This document shows positions 16,644 to 23,771 of a stretch of DNA of 25,301 nucleotides, piece by piece (position 1 is the stretch's first letter; every line of letters starts with the position of its first letter). This DNA is from a virus (lineage: Duplodnaviria; Caudoviricetes), in IMG/VR virus record IMGVR_UViG_3300034061_001901, positions 1 to 25,301 of that record. One strand, 5' to 3'. Both the position numbers and the translations under genes were made by a program. The notes under the pieces were generated by a model that did no database searches, was not told where the DNA came from, and saw nothing but the letters and a program-made list of their open reading frames with translations.

Positions 16644-17284
16644 TGAGTGAATACCGAAAGAAATTATTTCCAATCAGTATTTTTCATAGTTCTGTTGAAA
16701 ATAATAATAAAATTAAAGATTTACTCATTCCCCATGTTGAAAATTATAAGAAAGACTTAAATACTGCACCTAGTGGATGGATGACCACAAAAATCATTAC
16801 TTCCTATGAAAATGATGAAATAAATTCTATATTTCAAGAAGGTGAAGAACTATCAAATGAAATTAAGTCACAATATACAAATGTATTGGAGACATTTTTT
16901 GATAAAAAATGGCAAGGATATATTGAATCTATGTGGTTTAATTACTATGAGAATGGTGAATACCAAGAATTTCACACTCATCTAGGTACATTTAATAAAC
17001 TCATTCATTTTGCAGGTGTTCATTTTGTATCCTTTGATTCTTCAGTACATAATTCTCTTATTTTTTTAGATCCAATATCTAAACTTAGAAACTTTTCATT
17101 AGAAATTGATTCTAACAATTATAATGAAATATACACCTTAAATGCAAAAGAAGGAGATATAGTTATATTTCCTTCTTATCTGGAGCATGGAGTTAAGTCT
17201 GGTATTTCTACTCCAGGAAACCCAAGAATTACTATATCTTTTAACATTTCAATTCAGTCTTATGATAGGGGCAATATCTGTTAA
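16643..17284 (+). CDS. putative 2OG-Fe(II) oxygenase (TIGR02466-like)
   Basis: WFN..Q.FHTH, FPSYLEHGV, RITISFN. Confidence 0.85.
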   Translation: MSEYRKKLFPISIFHSSVENNNKIKDLLIPHVENYKKDLNTAPSGWMTTKIITSYENDEINSIFQEGEELSNEIKSQYTNVLETFFDKKWQGYIESMWFNYYENGEYQEFHTHLGTFNKLIHFAGVHFVSFDSSVHNSLIFLDPISKLRNFSLEIDSNNYNEIYTLNAKEGDIVIFPSYLEHGVKSGISTPGNPRITISFNISIQSYDRGNIC

Positions 17285-17289
17285 TATGT

Positions 17290-17296
17290 CTAAATA
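17290..17296 (+). promoter_or_regulatory. T4-like late promoter
   Basis: CTAAATA 30 nt before the structural-type gene. Confidence 0.6.
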
Positions 17297-17326
17297 ATTT
17301 TACTCATAGGTAAAACATCATATAAA

Positions 17327-19282
17327 ATGAGCGTTTCAAATATCACCAGTGTTTTATTTAAAAGTGGTCCGATAAGGTTTGGAGATTTACGTAAAAATTT
17401 CAAAGTAACTGAATCTGGAACAGACGTAGGTGGACAAATAAAAGCAAGTGAGTTATATCGTGAGACTGCAATAACAGTCAGAAATCCTATTGTTCCTGAT
17501 GCAGATGAGAATGAAAATATTCCCGAAATTAATTCTGCAAATAGTATATTTTTATCTAATTTTAGAAATAGTGTAAAACAACTCATTCTACGTCAGTCTG
17601 GAACGGATTTAAATTTGTACGGAGATTCATATGCAGATTGGGGTGGCAATTTAAATAGAAACGTTCAAAAAATACTTAGAATATCTGGAACAGTTGGTTC
17701 CAATGATAATACTCTTGCAGCATTTAATTGGTCTGGTGCAGCAAGAAATGTAAATGTTGAGGTCGCGGGTACAATAGTTGGAACTGCAGGTGAGGGTGGC
17801 ACAGTTGAAGAACCTCCTGGTGGTGATGGTGGTGATGCCGTAAATCTTGATTCTGATCACAAATTAAGAATTATTGTAAAGGCAAATGGAAAGATAAGAG
17901 CTGGTGGTGGTGGTGGTGAAGCAGGCACAAGTGGTGAACCAGGCTCACCAGGCTCACCAGGAGCACCGGGAGAATCTGGTGCTCCTGGTGATAAAGGAGC
18001 TGATGGTGGAAAAGGACCTGATGGTGCTCCTGGACCTAGTGGTTCTCCTGGAGCAGGTGGTCGATGTGCAAAAGTTGTTAATAAACAGGCACCAGATAAT
18101 TGTGGTAATGATGATATTGATGAATGTCCTGAGGGTTTTGAAGAAATGGGACATGATACAAATACTGGTCGTTGTGGTTGGTGGTTAGATCGTAGATCAG
18201 TGAGAGAAACATATTGTTGGAAATATGACAAATTTTCAATATCTGGTGGAAGTGGCGGCGCAGGTAGTGATGGTGGAATAGGTGGTGATGGTGGAATAGG
18301 TGGTGCTGGTGGTTCTGGTGGTGTTGGAGGAATAGGCGGAATCGGTGGTTCTGGTGGTGCTGGAGGAAAAGGTGGAAAAGGTGGAAAAGGAAGAGGATAT
18401 GGTAATTTAAATAATGCCTCTCAATCTGGTATTGCAGGTGCAAGAGGAAATGCCGGTGGACAAGCAGGAAGAGGAACTGCAGGTGCTACAGGATCAGCTG
18501 GAGCATGGGGACAATATGGTTCCTATGCAGATTATGGACAAGAGGGACAAGAAGGTGAAGGTTGCGGCAATGCGGAAACTTTAACGTATTCACAAGATGG
18601 AGGAGATGGTGTTAGAGGACAACAGGGATTAAGAGGTCAACAAGGTGCTCAAGGGCAATCTGGTTCACCAGGATCTCCTGGTCAAAGTGGTGGTCCTGGT
18701 GGACCTGGAGGAAGTGGTGAAAATGGTGGAGTTGGTGGAGATTTTGGTGGTCCTGGAGAATCAACCTCAAATAGCGGAAGCGCAGGAAAAGGTGGAATTG
18801 CAATCAAAGGTGGAACTGGAATGTATCATGTAATTCTTGAACCAGCAAGTTCTACATTTCCATCAGGAGAAGTTTCAGGTCCATATTCTACAAGTACAAC
18901 AGATGTCACAAGTGGACCGGCAAGTACATTTATTTTTCCCTCATTCCCATCATATTCAATTTCAAAGAATAAACCATCTATTGCAGAGGGAGAAACAATT
19001 ACATTTACGGTAACGACCACAAATGTAGATAACGGAACTAATTTATTCTACACACTAGATGCATTTGATATTGCAGAATATGATTTTGATGAGAATGAAA
19101 ATGGATCTAGACTTTGGGGATATTTCACTATTAGTAGTGGCACTGCATCGTTTACTGTCACTACTGCAACAGATGGTGTAACAGAAGATACAAAGGAAAT
19201 TATCGTTGCGATTCGGACAAATGATCAGACAGGTACTATTGTTGCTTATACCACATTTACACTTCAAAAGAATGCCACATAG
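17327..19282 (+). CDS. glycine-rich/collagen-like virion adhesin (gp38-like) with C-terminal Ig/Calx-beta-like domain
   Basis: IVGTAGEGG...GGDAV...GKIRAGGGGG polyglycine motifs, long G-X-Y runs, EGETITFTVTT...TFTV beta-sandwich; late promoter. Confidence 0.7.
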   Translation: MSVSNITSVLFKSGPIRFGDLRKNFKVTESGTDVGGQIKASELYRETAITVRNPIVPDADENENIPEINSANSIFLSNFRNSVKQLILRQSGTDLNLYGDSYADWGGNLNRNVQKILRISGTVGSNDNTLAAFNWSGAARNVNVEVAGTIVGTAGEGGTVEEPPGGDGGDAVNLDSDHKLRIIVKANGKIRAGGGGGEAGTSGEPGSPGSPGAPGESGAPGDKGADGGKGPDGAPGPSGSPGAGGRCAKVVNKQAPDNCGNDDIDECPEGFEEMGHDTNTGRCGWWLDRRSVRETYCWKYDKFSISGGSGGAGSDGGIGGDGGIGGAGGSGGVGGIGGIGGSGGAGGKGGKGGKGRGYGNLNNASQSGIAGARGNAGGQAGRGTAGATGSAGAWGQYGSYADYGQEGQEGEGCGNAETLTYSQDGGDGVRGQQGLRGQQGAQGQSGSPGSPGQSGGPGGPGGSGENGGVGGDFGGPGESTSNSGSAGKGGIAIKGGTGMYHVILEPASSTFPSGEVSGPYSTSTTDVTSGPASTFIFPSFPSYSISKNKPSIAEGETITFTVTTTNVDNGTNLFYTLDAFDIAEYDFDENENGSRLWGYFTISSGTASFTVTTATDGVTEDTKEIIVAIRTNDQTGTIVAYTTFTLQKNAT

Positions 19283-19317
19283 TGTGAATATATAACATGT
19301 AAATTTAGAAATATACC

Positions 19318-19842
19318 ATGAGAAATCCGTCTAAATTTTTAAAATCTTATGTTAATAAGTTTAAAACTTTTGAACTCACACCTTTAGAAAAGGAAAAGTT
19401 CATTGAACTTGTACGCATATTGTCCAATTCAGAATCTTATAAATTAAAATCTTCTCCAGTAAGTGAGGAAATTGCCGAAAAAAGATTTAAGATATGCCAG
19501 GGTTGTGAGCACATCACCAAAGATTTAGAAAAATATGGTGATTCAGATTCGCACTGTGATCTTTGTAATTGCAATTTAAAAAATAAAGTTCAAAGACCTT
19601 ATGAACAATGCCCATTACGTAAATGGGTCAATGATGATAAAATAATTAAAGATCATGTGAATCAGGCAGAACAAATTATTAATGATTTGGTAAATGACGA
19701 AACCTGGATTCAGTTATTAAGTTCCGAAGAACAATTTGAAGTTAATTATCAAGAGGCAATTGAAAGACTTGAGAAAGACTCAAGTACTGATTTAGTGGAT
19801 GAATTAATTAAACAATCAGAAAGCACAGAAACCAATGAGTGA
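19318..19842 (+). CDS. Cys-rich protein (DUF6171-like)
   Basis: RFKICQGC...CDLCNCNLKNK...CPLRKW. Confidence 0.7.
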   Translation: MRNPSKFLKSYVNKFKTFELTPLEKEKFIELVRILSNSESYKLKSSPVSEEIAEKRFKICQGCEHITKDLEKYGDSDSHCDLCNCNLKNKVQRPYEQCPLRKWVNDDKIIKDHVNQAEQIINDLVNDETWIQLLSSEEQFEVNYQEAIERLEKDSSTDLVDELIKQSESTETNE

Positions 19843-20119
19843 AGAACAACAGTATCCTTCCATTCCAGATCAGGCAAAGAATATTGTCAGTCTTGTACAA
19901 GACGCAATCAGTGATGTATTGAAAGGTAATCAATTATTTGCCTCTGATGAAGAACAAACTAGAAGAATGGACATTTGTAAGAAATGTGAGTATTTCAATG
20001 AAGAAGATGTTAGATGTCGTCATTGTGGATGTTTTCTAAAGCAGAAAGTTTCTCTTACCGCATCCAAATGCCCGATTCATCGTTGGGAAAATAATGATTC
20101 TGGTGCATCCTGGTTCTAA
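19835..20119 (+). CDS. Cys-rich protein (DUF6171-like)
   Basis: RMDICKKC...CRHCGCFLKQK...CPIHRW. Confidence 0.75.
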   Translation: MSEEQQYPSIPDQAKNIVSLVQDAISDVLKGNQLFASDEEQTRRMDICKKCEYFNEEDVRCRHCGCFLKQKVSLTASKCPIHRWENNDSGASWF

Positions 20120-20859
20120 CCATAATACCAATAATAACCTCTGAAACTATAGTGCCCAGGGTGCTTTAAACTCTTAATGAGACCCATACCTTTACCAGCA
20201 CCACTTAATTGTCTTAAACCTTCGGCAACACTCTCATAACGGGGACCTAATCTCTCCGTTTTTTTGTGTATACCAAAGATGGATCTTTTTTTAGTATTCT
20301 CTTCAACAATTGACCACTTGTATCCATAACACCTATAACAGTTACGGGCACAGGATAATATATTTGAATTCTTTCTTGCATTACCTGTGACCTCCATAGC
20401 AGCTAGAGAGGCAGAATCCCATATTTTAATCTCACCAGTTTCAAGATGTTTTCCTTGTACTTTACATCCTGTACGTTTACTTTTACTTCTGTCTTCATCC
20501 GTAAATACATGTAAAGATCTTGATTGATTGATTATAAGGGGTATAATAATTTCATCTTCTTCATCATCTTCCTCTTCTTCAAATACACGATAGTTATATC
20601 CTTCATTATAAGAGTTATAGTGTTCTATCCAGTGTTTCTTTTTATCTTCAAATTCTCTTTCATCACATTCATCTAGTTCTTGTATACCAAACCGATGTAT
20701 TCCATACTGACGAAATGCTCTGTGTATGGGTTCGGATGACATTTTGTTTGCTTTTTGTATGTGAGATTGCCATTCCTTATTCATGGGTTGTAGAGTATAG
20801 TCCACAAACTTGAATCCATTCTCTTTGTTGATGATGAGATAGATGATGCCCCGTGCCAT
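20116..20859 (-). CDS. GIY-YIG (Seg-like) endonuclease homolog with NUMOD1-like repeats, probably degenerate
   Basis: GIIYLIIN...WIEHYNSYNEGYN; two repeats ending YGYKW and RGYYW; the only convincing minus-strand CDS. Confidence 0.75.
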   Translation of the reverse strand: MARGIIYLIINKENGFKFVDYTLQPMNKEWQSHIQKANKMSSEPIHRAFRQYGIHRFGIQELDECDEREFEDKKKHWIEHYNSYNEGYNYRVFEEEEDDEEDEIIIPLIINQSRSLHVFTDEDRSKSKRTGCKVQGKHLETGEIKIWDSASLAAMEVTGNARKNSNILSCARNCYRCYGYKWSIVEENTKKRSIFGIHKKTERLGPRYESVAEGLRQLSGAGKGMGLIKSLKHPGHYSFRGYYWYYG

Positions 20860-21030
20860 GCTTTAAATGCATAGTGTTTACTATACTAATTATAGTGTTT
20901 CATATACCTTTCTAATTTTGGGTATTTTTGCGATGTGTGAGAATGCGAATATTCGTAAAAATGTGTTATTGAGAGATATAATGATAGTATTATATGGTGA
21001 AATAGTCTTATAATTCCTCTAATATCTTAT

Positions 21031-21110
21031 AAATGCTTATAAATGTGTCTAAATGCCTCTAAATGCTTATAAATGTGTCTAAATGCCTCTAAATGCTTAT
21101 AAATGTGTCT
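21031..21110. repeat. tandem repeat: 30-bp unit x2.7 built of eight 10-bp AAATG subunits
   Basis: (AAATGCTTAT AAATGTGTCT AAATGCCTCT) exact copies at 21031 and 21061, partial at 21091. Confidence 0.95.
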
Positions 21111-21129
21111 GGGTCTTGTGAGGTTGGCG

Positions 21130-21158
21130 AGCATAGCATAACACGCGCAGTTTGTCAA
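21130..21158 (-). promoter_or_regulatory. sigma70-type promoter, leftward
   Basis: TTGACA-N17-TATGCT with TGn on the minus strand. Confidence 0.75.
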
Positions 21159-21347
21159 GTTTTACCCCGCCGCTCCCATAAAACTGTTACGAGATCCGCA
21201 CGAGATCAGACATCCTTATAAGACTGCGAGATCTGCGCGAGATTGCATTACGAGATCTTATCATATCAGCATATCTTAACATTTTAAGCATTATATGCAT
21301 ATATAACAGTATCATTATCTTGTACGAGATCTGGGTGGGCACAGGGC

Positions 21348-21376
21348 TTGCACTCTCTACGAGATCATGCTACAAT
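21348..21376 (+). promoter_or_regulatory. sigma70-type promoter
   Basis: TTGCAC-N17-TACAAT with TGn. Confidence 0.7.
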
Positions 21377-21405
21377 ACAAACACGTTCACAAACCACTAC
21401 GAGTT

Positions 21406-21567
21406 ATGTACGACGATTACGAGATCGACTTTGATTCCATGGCAAACGATTGTAATCTAGATGAAGACTCGTACTACGAGCATCATACACGAGATCTGCA
21501 CGGGGACGACGATTATGCACGAGATGGGCAAGACTACGAGAGTCTTGCATATCGCCATTATGCATGA
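21406..21567 (+). CDS. small acidic Tyr-rich protein
   Basis: ATG 21406 lies downstream of the promoter; MYDDYEIDFDS... Confidence 0.6.
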   Translation: MYDDYEIDFDSMANDCNLDEDSYYEHHTRDLHGDDDYARDGQDYESLAYRHYA

Positions 21568-21597
21568 TAGAATACTCACACACCGCACGAGATACAC

Positions 21598-21747
21598 ATG
21601 ATCGCACAGAAACGCAAGGTAAGTGTCACTCTATACGTTGAGTGTTATGATGATCTAGATCTAGAAGATCTTAATTGGAGAGAACTGCTAGATCTGCAGG
21701 GTGATGAAGAAGTTCATGCTAGCATCAAAGATCTAGATCCATTCTGA
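21598..21747 (+). CDS. hypothetical protein (49 aa)
   Basis: Manually read MIAQKRKVSVTLYVECYDDLDLEDLNWRELLDLQGDEEVHASIKDLDPF*. Confidence 0.65.
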   Translation: MIAQKRKVSVTLYVECYDDLDLEDLNWRELLDLQGDEEVHASIKDLDPF

Positions 21748-21750
21748 TTA

Positions 21751-21774
21751 TGTGACAGTCTTATAAGTGGCACA
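21751..21774. repeat. palindrome element, copy 6
   Basis: TGTGACAG-TCTTATAA-GTGGCACA; no + strand -10 at the standard spacing. Confidence 0.7.
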
Positions 21775-21887
21775 AGCGTTATAGTATGATACTATGCTAT
21801 AACGTTAGTGTTATATGAATATTTCATGACAGGGGAAGTGGCGATGTATTGTCGTCCACAGGGATACCCCTCCCCTCATCTGATTGT
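21775..21887 (-). ncRNA. candidate structured small RNA
   Basis: Minus-strand TGgTATCTT 29 bp from palindrome copy 7; three-way-junction fold; terminal 8-bp hairpin; no ORF above 22 aa. Confidence 0.4.
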
Positions 21888-21893
21888 CCTTAT

Positions 21894-21988
21894 AAGATAC
21901 CACAGCACCGTGCCAATTGGTGTGGGGTTGTGCCACCTTGTGAACTGGTCTAGTGTTGCCTTGAAGCACCACGAAGAGGGTTTATGTT
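21894..21988. promoter_or_regulatory. palindrome-promoter element, copy 7, bidirectional
   Basis: TGTGCCAC-CTTGTGAA-CTGGTCTA (21929-21952); TATGTT 30 bp to the right and TATCTT (minus strand) 29 bp to the left. Confidence 0.6.
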
Positions 21989-22012
21989 GGTTCTGTTCAA
22001 CACAAACGCCCC

Positions 22013-22216
22013 ATGATTTTCCTCACTGTTGCCGATCACGGTTGTGTGTATACTCTTTCCCAGGAAGATGGCGATGAGTTGTACTTTGCACCCATTTATA
22101 AGAACGGAACTGTGAATCTTGAAGAATTCGCTCCTGTAGATCTTGATTCTGCAGATATGGATGAGATGGAGTTGTTTGATATCCGCAATCGCCTGGTTGC
22201 ACTGTGCCAGGTGTGA
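22013..22216 (+). CDS. acidic hypothetical early protein
   Basis: 67 aa ORF between two palindrome elements. Confidence 0.7.
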   Translation: MIFLTVADHGCVYTLSQEDGDELYFAPIYKNGTVNLEEFAPVDLDSADMDEMELFDIRNRLVALCQV

Positions 22217-22262
22217 AACTGGCACACACCCCCTTGCGCTTCTGGTGCAGGGGGGTTAAATT
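22203..22262 (+). promoter_or_regulatory. palindrome-promoter element, copy 8
   Basis: Perfect arms TGTGCCAG-GTGTGAAA-CTGGCACA; TTGCGC-N17-TAAATT with the -35 inside a C-run/G-run stem. Confidence 0.8.
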
Positions 22263-22291
22263 ACATTCGTTCAACACCACACCGCCACCAA

Positions 22292-22702
22292 ATGTCAACT
22301 CGCTCACGCATTGGTATTCAACTCTCTGATGAGTCTATTCTTTCGGCGTATCATCACTCTGATGGTTATCCCGAATGGTTGGGTCGTATTCTTCGCACCC
22401 ATTATAACAGCAAAGAACTTGCTGCCGAACTGATTGACGGTGGTGATATGTCATGCTGCTGGACTGATCGCCGTTGGGATGATAGTGGTGATGGATCTTA
22501 TGGTCCTCAATATTACTCTCAACGTGGTGAAAATTGCCCCCCATGTCTTGATGCTTCACTGGAAGAGTATCTCTCTGATGGTGAAGAATTTGCCTACCTT
22601 TATACTCTGGAAGGTGAATGGGTGTGCTACAATATGCACCAGTTCGACGATAGCAAGGCGCCAGAACGGGTAGAAATCCCTGCCCTGGCACTGGCAGTTT
22701 GA
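22292..22702 (+). CDS. conserved phage hypothetical protein
   Basis: MSTRSRIG...YHHSDGYPEWLG...EEFAYLY family motif. Confidence 0.8.
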   Translation: MSTRSRIGIQLSDESILSAYHHSDGYPEWLGRILRTHYNSKELAAELIDGGDMSCCWTDRRWDDSGDGSYGPQYYSQRGENCPPCLDASLEEYLSDGEEFAYLYTLEGEWVCYNMHQFDDSKAPERVEIPALALAV

Positions 22703-22749
22703 GAACTGGCACAGGGGGGTTGACATGCCCCCCACACCTCTGCTACATT
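22690..22749 (+). promoter_or_regulatory. palindrome-promoter element, copy 9
   Basis: ACTGGCAG-TTTGAGAA-CTGGCACA, GGGGGG-TTGACA-tg-CCCCCC, TGcTACATT. Confidence 0.8.
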
Positions 22750-22774
22750 ACATTTGTTCTTGAGGGATCACCCC

Positions 22775-23245
22775 ATGCTCAAAGGCACCGAACTCGTTTC
22801 CAAAGTGACCACTATGCAGGCACAAGAACCTCCCGCCAAGATGTCTGACATCGTTCGGGCATGTGGTTATGAGGTGGAAGGCAAACTCAAGTATACACAA
22901 TTCTACACAGAATTGCTGGATGCCAAGGGTTTGCTGAACAAACCAGAACCCACAGAGATTTCTGATGAGTATCAGGAAATCTATGACGAACTGTGCGAAA
23001 ACTACGGTGAGGATGCCGTAGAGGCATTCTTGAAAATCTGGGAGGAAAGTGATCTTCACGGGTTCACAGATGCCTATCAGGGACGTTACGAAGATGAGGC
23101 AGACTTTGCAGAGCAATTCACCACGGATTGCTATGGACTGAATGTTCCTTCGTTTGTAGTAGTTGACTGGCAGGCAACCTGGGATCAGGGACTGCGTTAT
23201 GACTACGAGTTCGCAGACGGATTCGTATTCATGAACGCCTGGTAA
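22775..23245 (+). CDS. fusion: cyanobacterial AbrB-like N-terminal domain plus ArdA-like antirestriction domain
   Basis: LKGTELVSKV...IVRACGY...TQFYTELLDAKG (cyAbrB N-term pattern); DAYQGRYEDEADFAEQ...VVDWQATW...YDY...GFVF (ArdA C-term pattern). Confidence 0.75.
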   Translation: MLKGTELVSKVTTMQAQEPPAKMSDIVRACGYEVEGKLKYTQFYTELLDAKGLLNKPEPTEISDEYQEIYDELCENYGEDAVEAFLKIWEESDLHGFTDAYQGRYEDEADFAEQFTTDCYGLNVPSFVVVDWQATWDQGLRYDYEFADGFVFMNAW

Positions 23246-23249
23246 GGTA

Positions 23250-23374
23250 CGAGATCGTGCGAGATGTGTACGAGATGCACACGTATCTTATACACATCTC
23301 TACGAGATCATGTATACATCATAGTATACACTATCATTACGAGAATGTCAATCACTTGACAAACATCACGAGAT
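23250..23374 (+). repeat. CGAGAT cluster B with hairpin
   Basis: CGAGAT at 23250, 23260, 23271, 23303, 23369; inverted repeat GAGATGTGTA/TACACATCTC at 23261-23300. Confidence 0.75.
23323..23351 (-). promoter_or_regulatory. sigma70-type promoter, leftward
   Basis: TTGACA-N17-TATACT on the minus strand. Confidence 0.7.
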
Positions 23375-23384
23375 AGCGTATACT
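23356..23384 (+). promoter_or_regulatory. tRNA promoter
   Basis: TTGACA-N17-TATACT, ending 9 nt before the tRNA. Confidence 0.85.
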
Positions 23385-23393
23385 ATACAACAT

Positions 23394-23478
23394 GGGAGTA
23401 TGGTGGAATCGGTAGACACACCAGACTTAAAATCTGTTGGGCATAACGCCCGTGGGAGTTCAAGTCTCCCTACTCCTA
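23394..23478 (+). tRNA. trnL: tRNA-Leu (anticodon UAA), no intron, CCA not encoded
   Basis: Acceptor GGGAGTA/TACTCCT, D-loop GGTAGAC, anticodon loop CTTAAAA, long variable arm GGGC-ATAAC-GCCC, T-loop GTTCAAGT. Confidence 0.95.
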
Positions 23479-23584
23479 CTTGGGTGGTTTGAGATAATCG
23501 CCACCCATACCCGCGAGAGTAGTTATATCATACACATAGGTACGTGGTGATTATATCAAGGAAGATAGGAACAAGGTGATAATG

Positions 23585-23613
23585 AGGCAGGGAGTGGTGT
23601 CCCTGCCTTTTTT
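23585..23613 (+). terminator. rho-independent terminator
   Basis: AGGCAGGGA-gtggtg-TCCCTGCCT followed by TTTTT. Confidence 0.85.
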
Positions 23614-23771
23614 CTTTATGTGCAAGAATTGTGCTTCACCCCACTCACCCCTTCCCACACCATCTAACGTGCTTATATGACATTAACTCATACCCCTTCG
23701 GGGTATGCTAACGCATCTCTTTAAAGTATAATATTAAGCTTTATATTATCATCTTCAAACCTAGCAAAGGT

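Larger units (their letters stand above)
21190..21595 (+). repeat. CGAGAT(C) direct-repeat cluster A
   Basis: CGAGAT at 21190, 21201, 21227, 21238, 21251, 21325, 21360, 21420, 21490, 21520, 21588. Confidence 0.8.

Noticed and set aside
17930-18760. GGT/GGA-rich DNA repeats as a separate repeat element
   Set aside because: Fully explained by glycine codons of the collagen-like CDS
21031-21110. CRISPR array or ToxI-like antitoxin repeat
   Set aside because: No unique spacers and units are only 10/30 bp; the AAAU motif is on the strand opposite the identified promoter and no pseudoknot is evident
21808-22077. 89-aa + strand ORF
   Set aside because: Crosses a promoter element and overlaps the better ORF 22013-22216 in another frame
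23479-23560. tRNA-associated theta (HDV-like) ribozyme or a second tRNA
   Set aside because: No nested double pseudoknot or T-loop GTTC motif could be identified by eye
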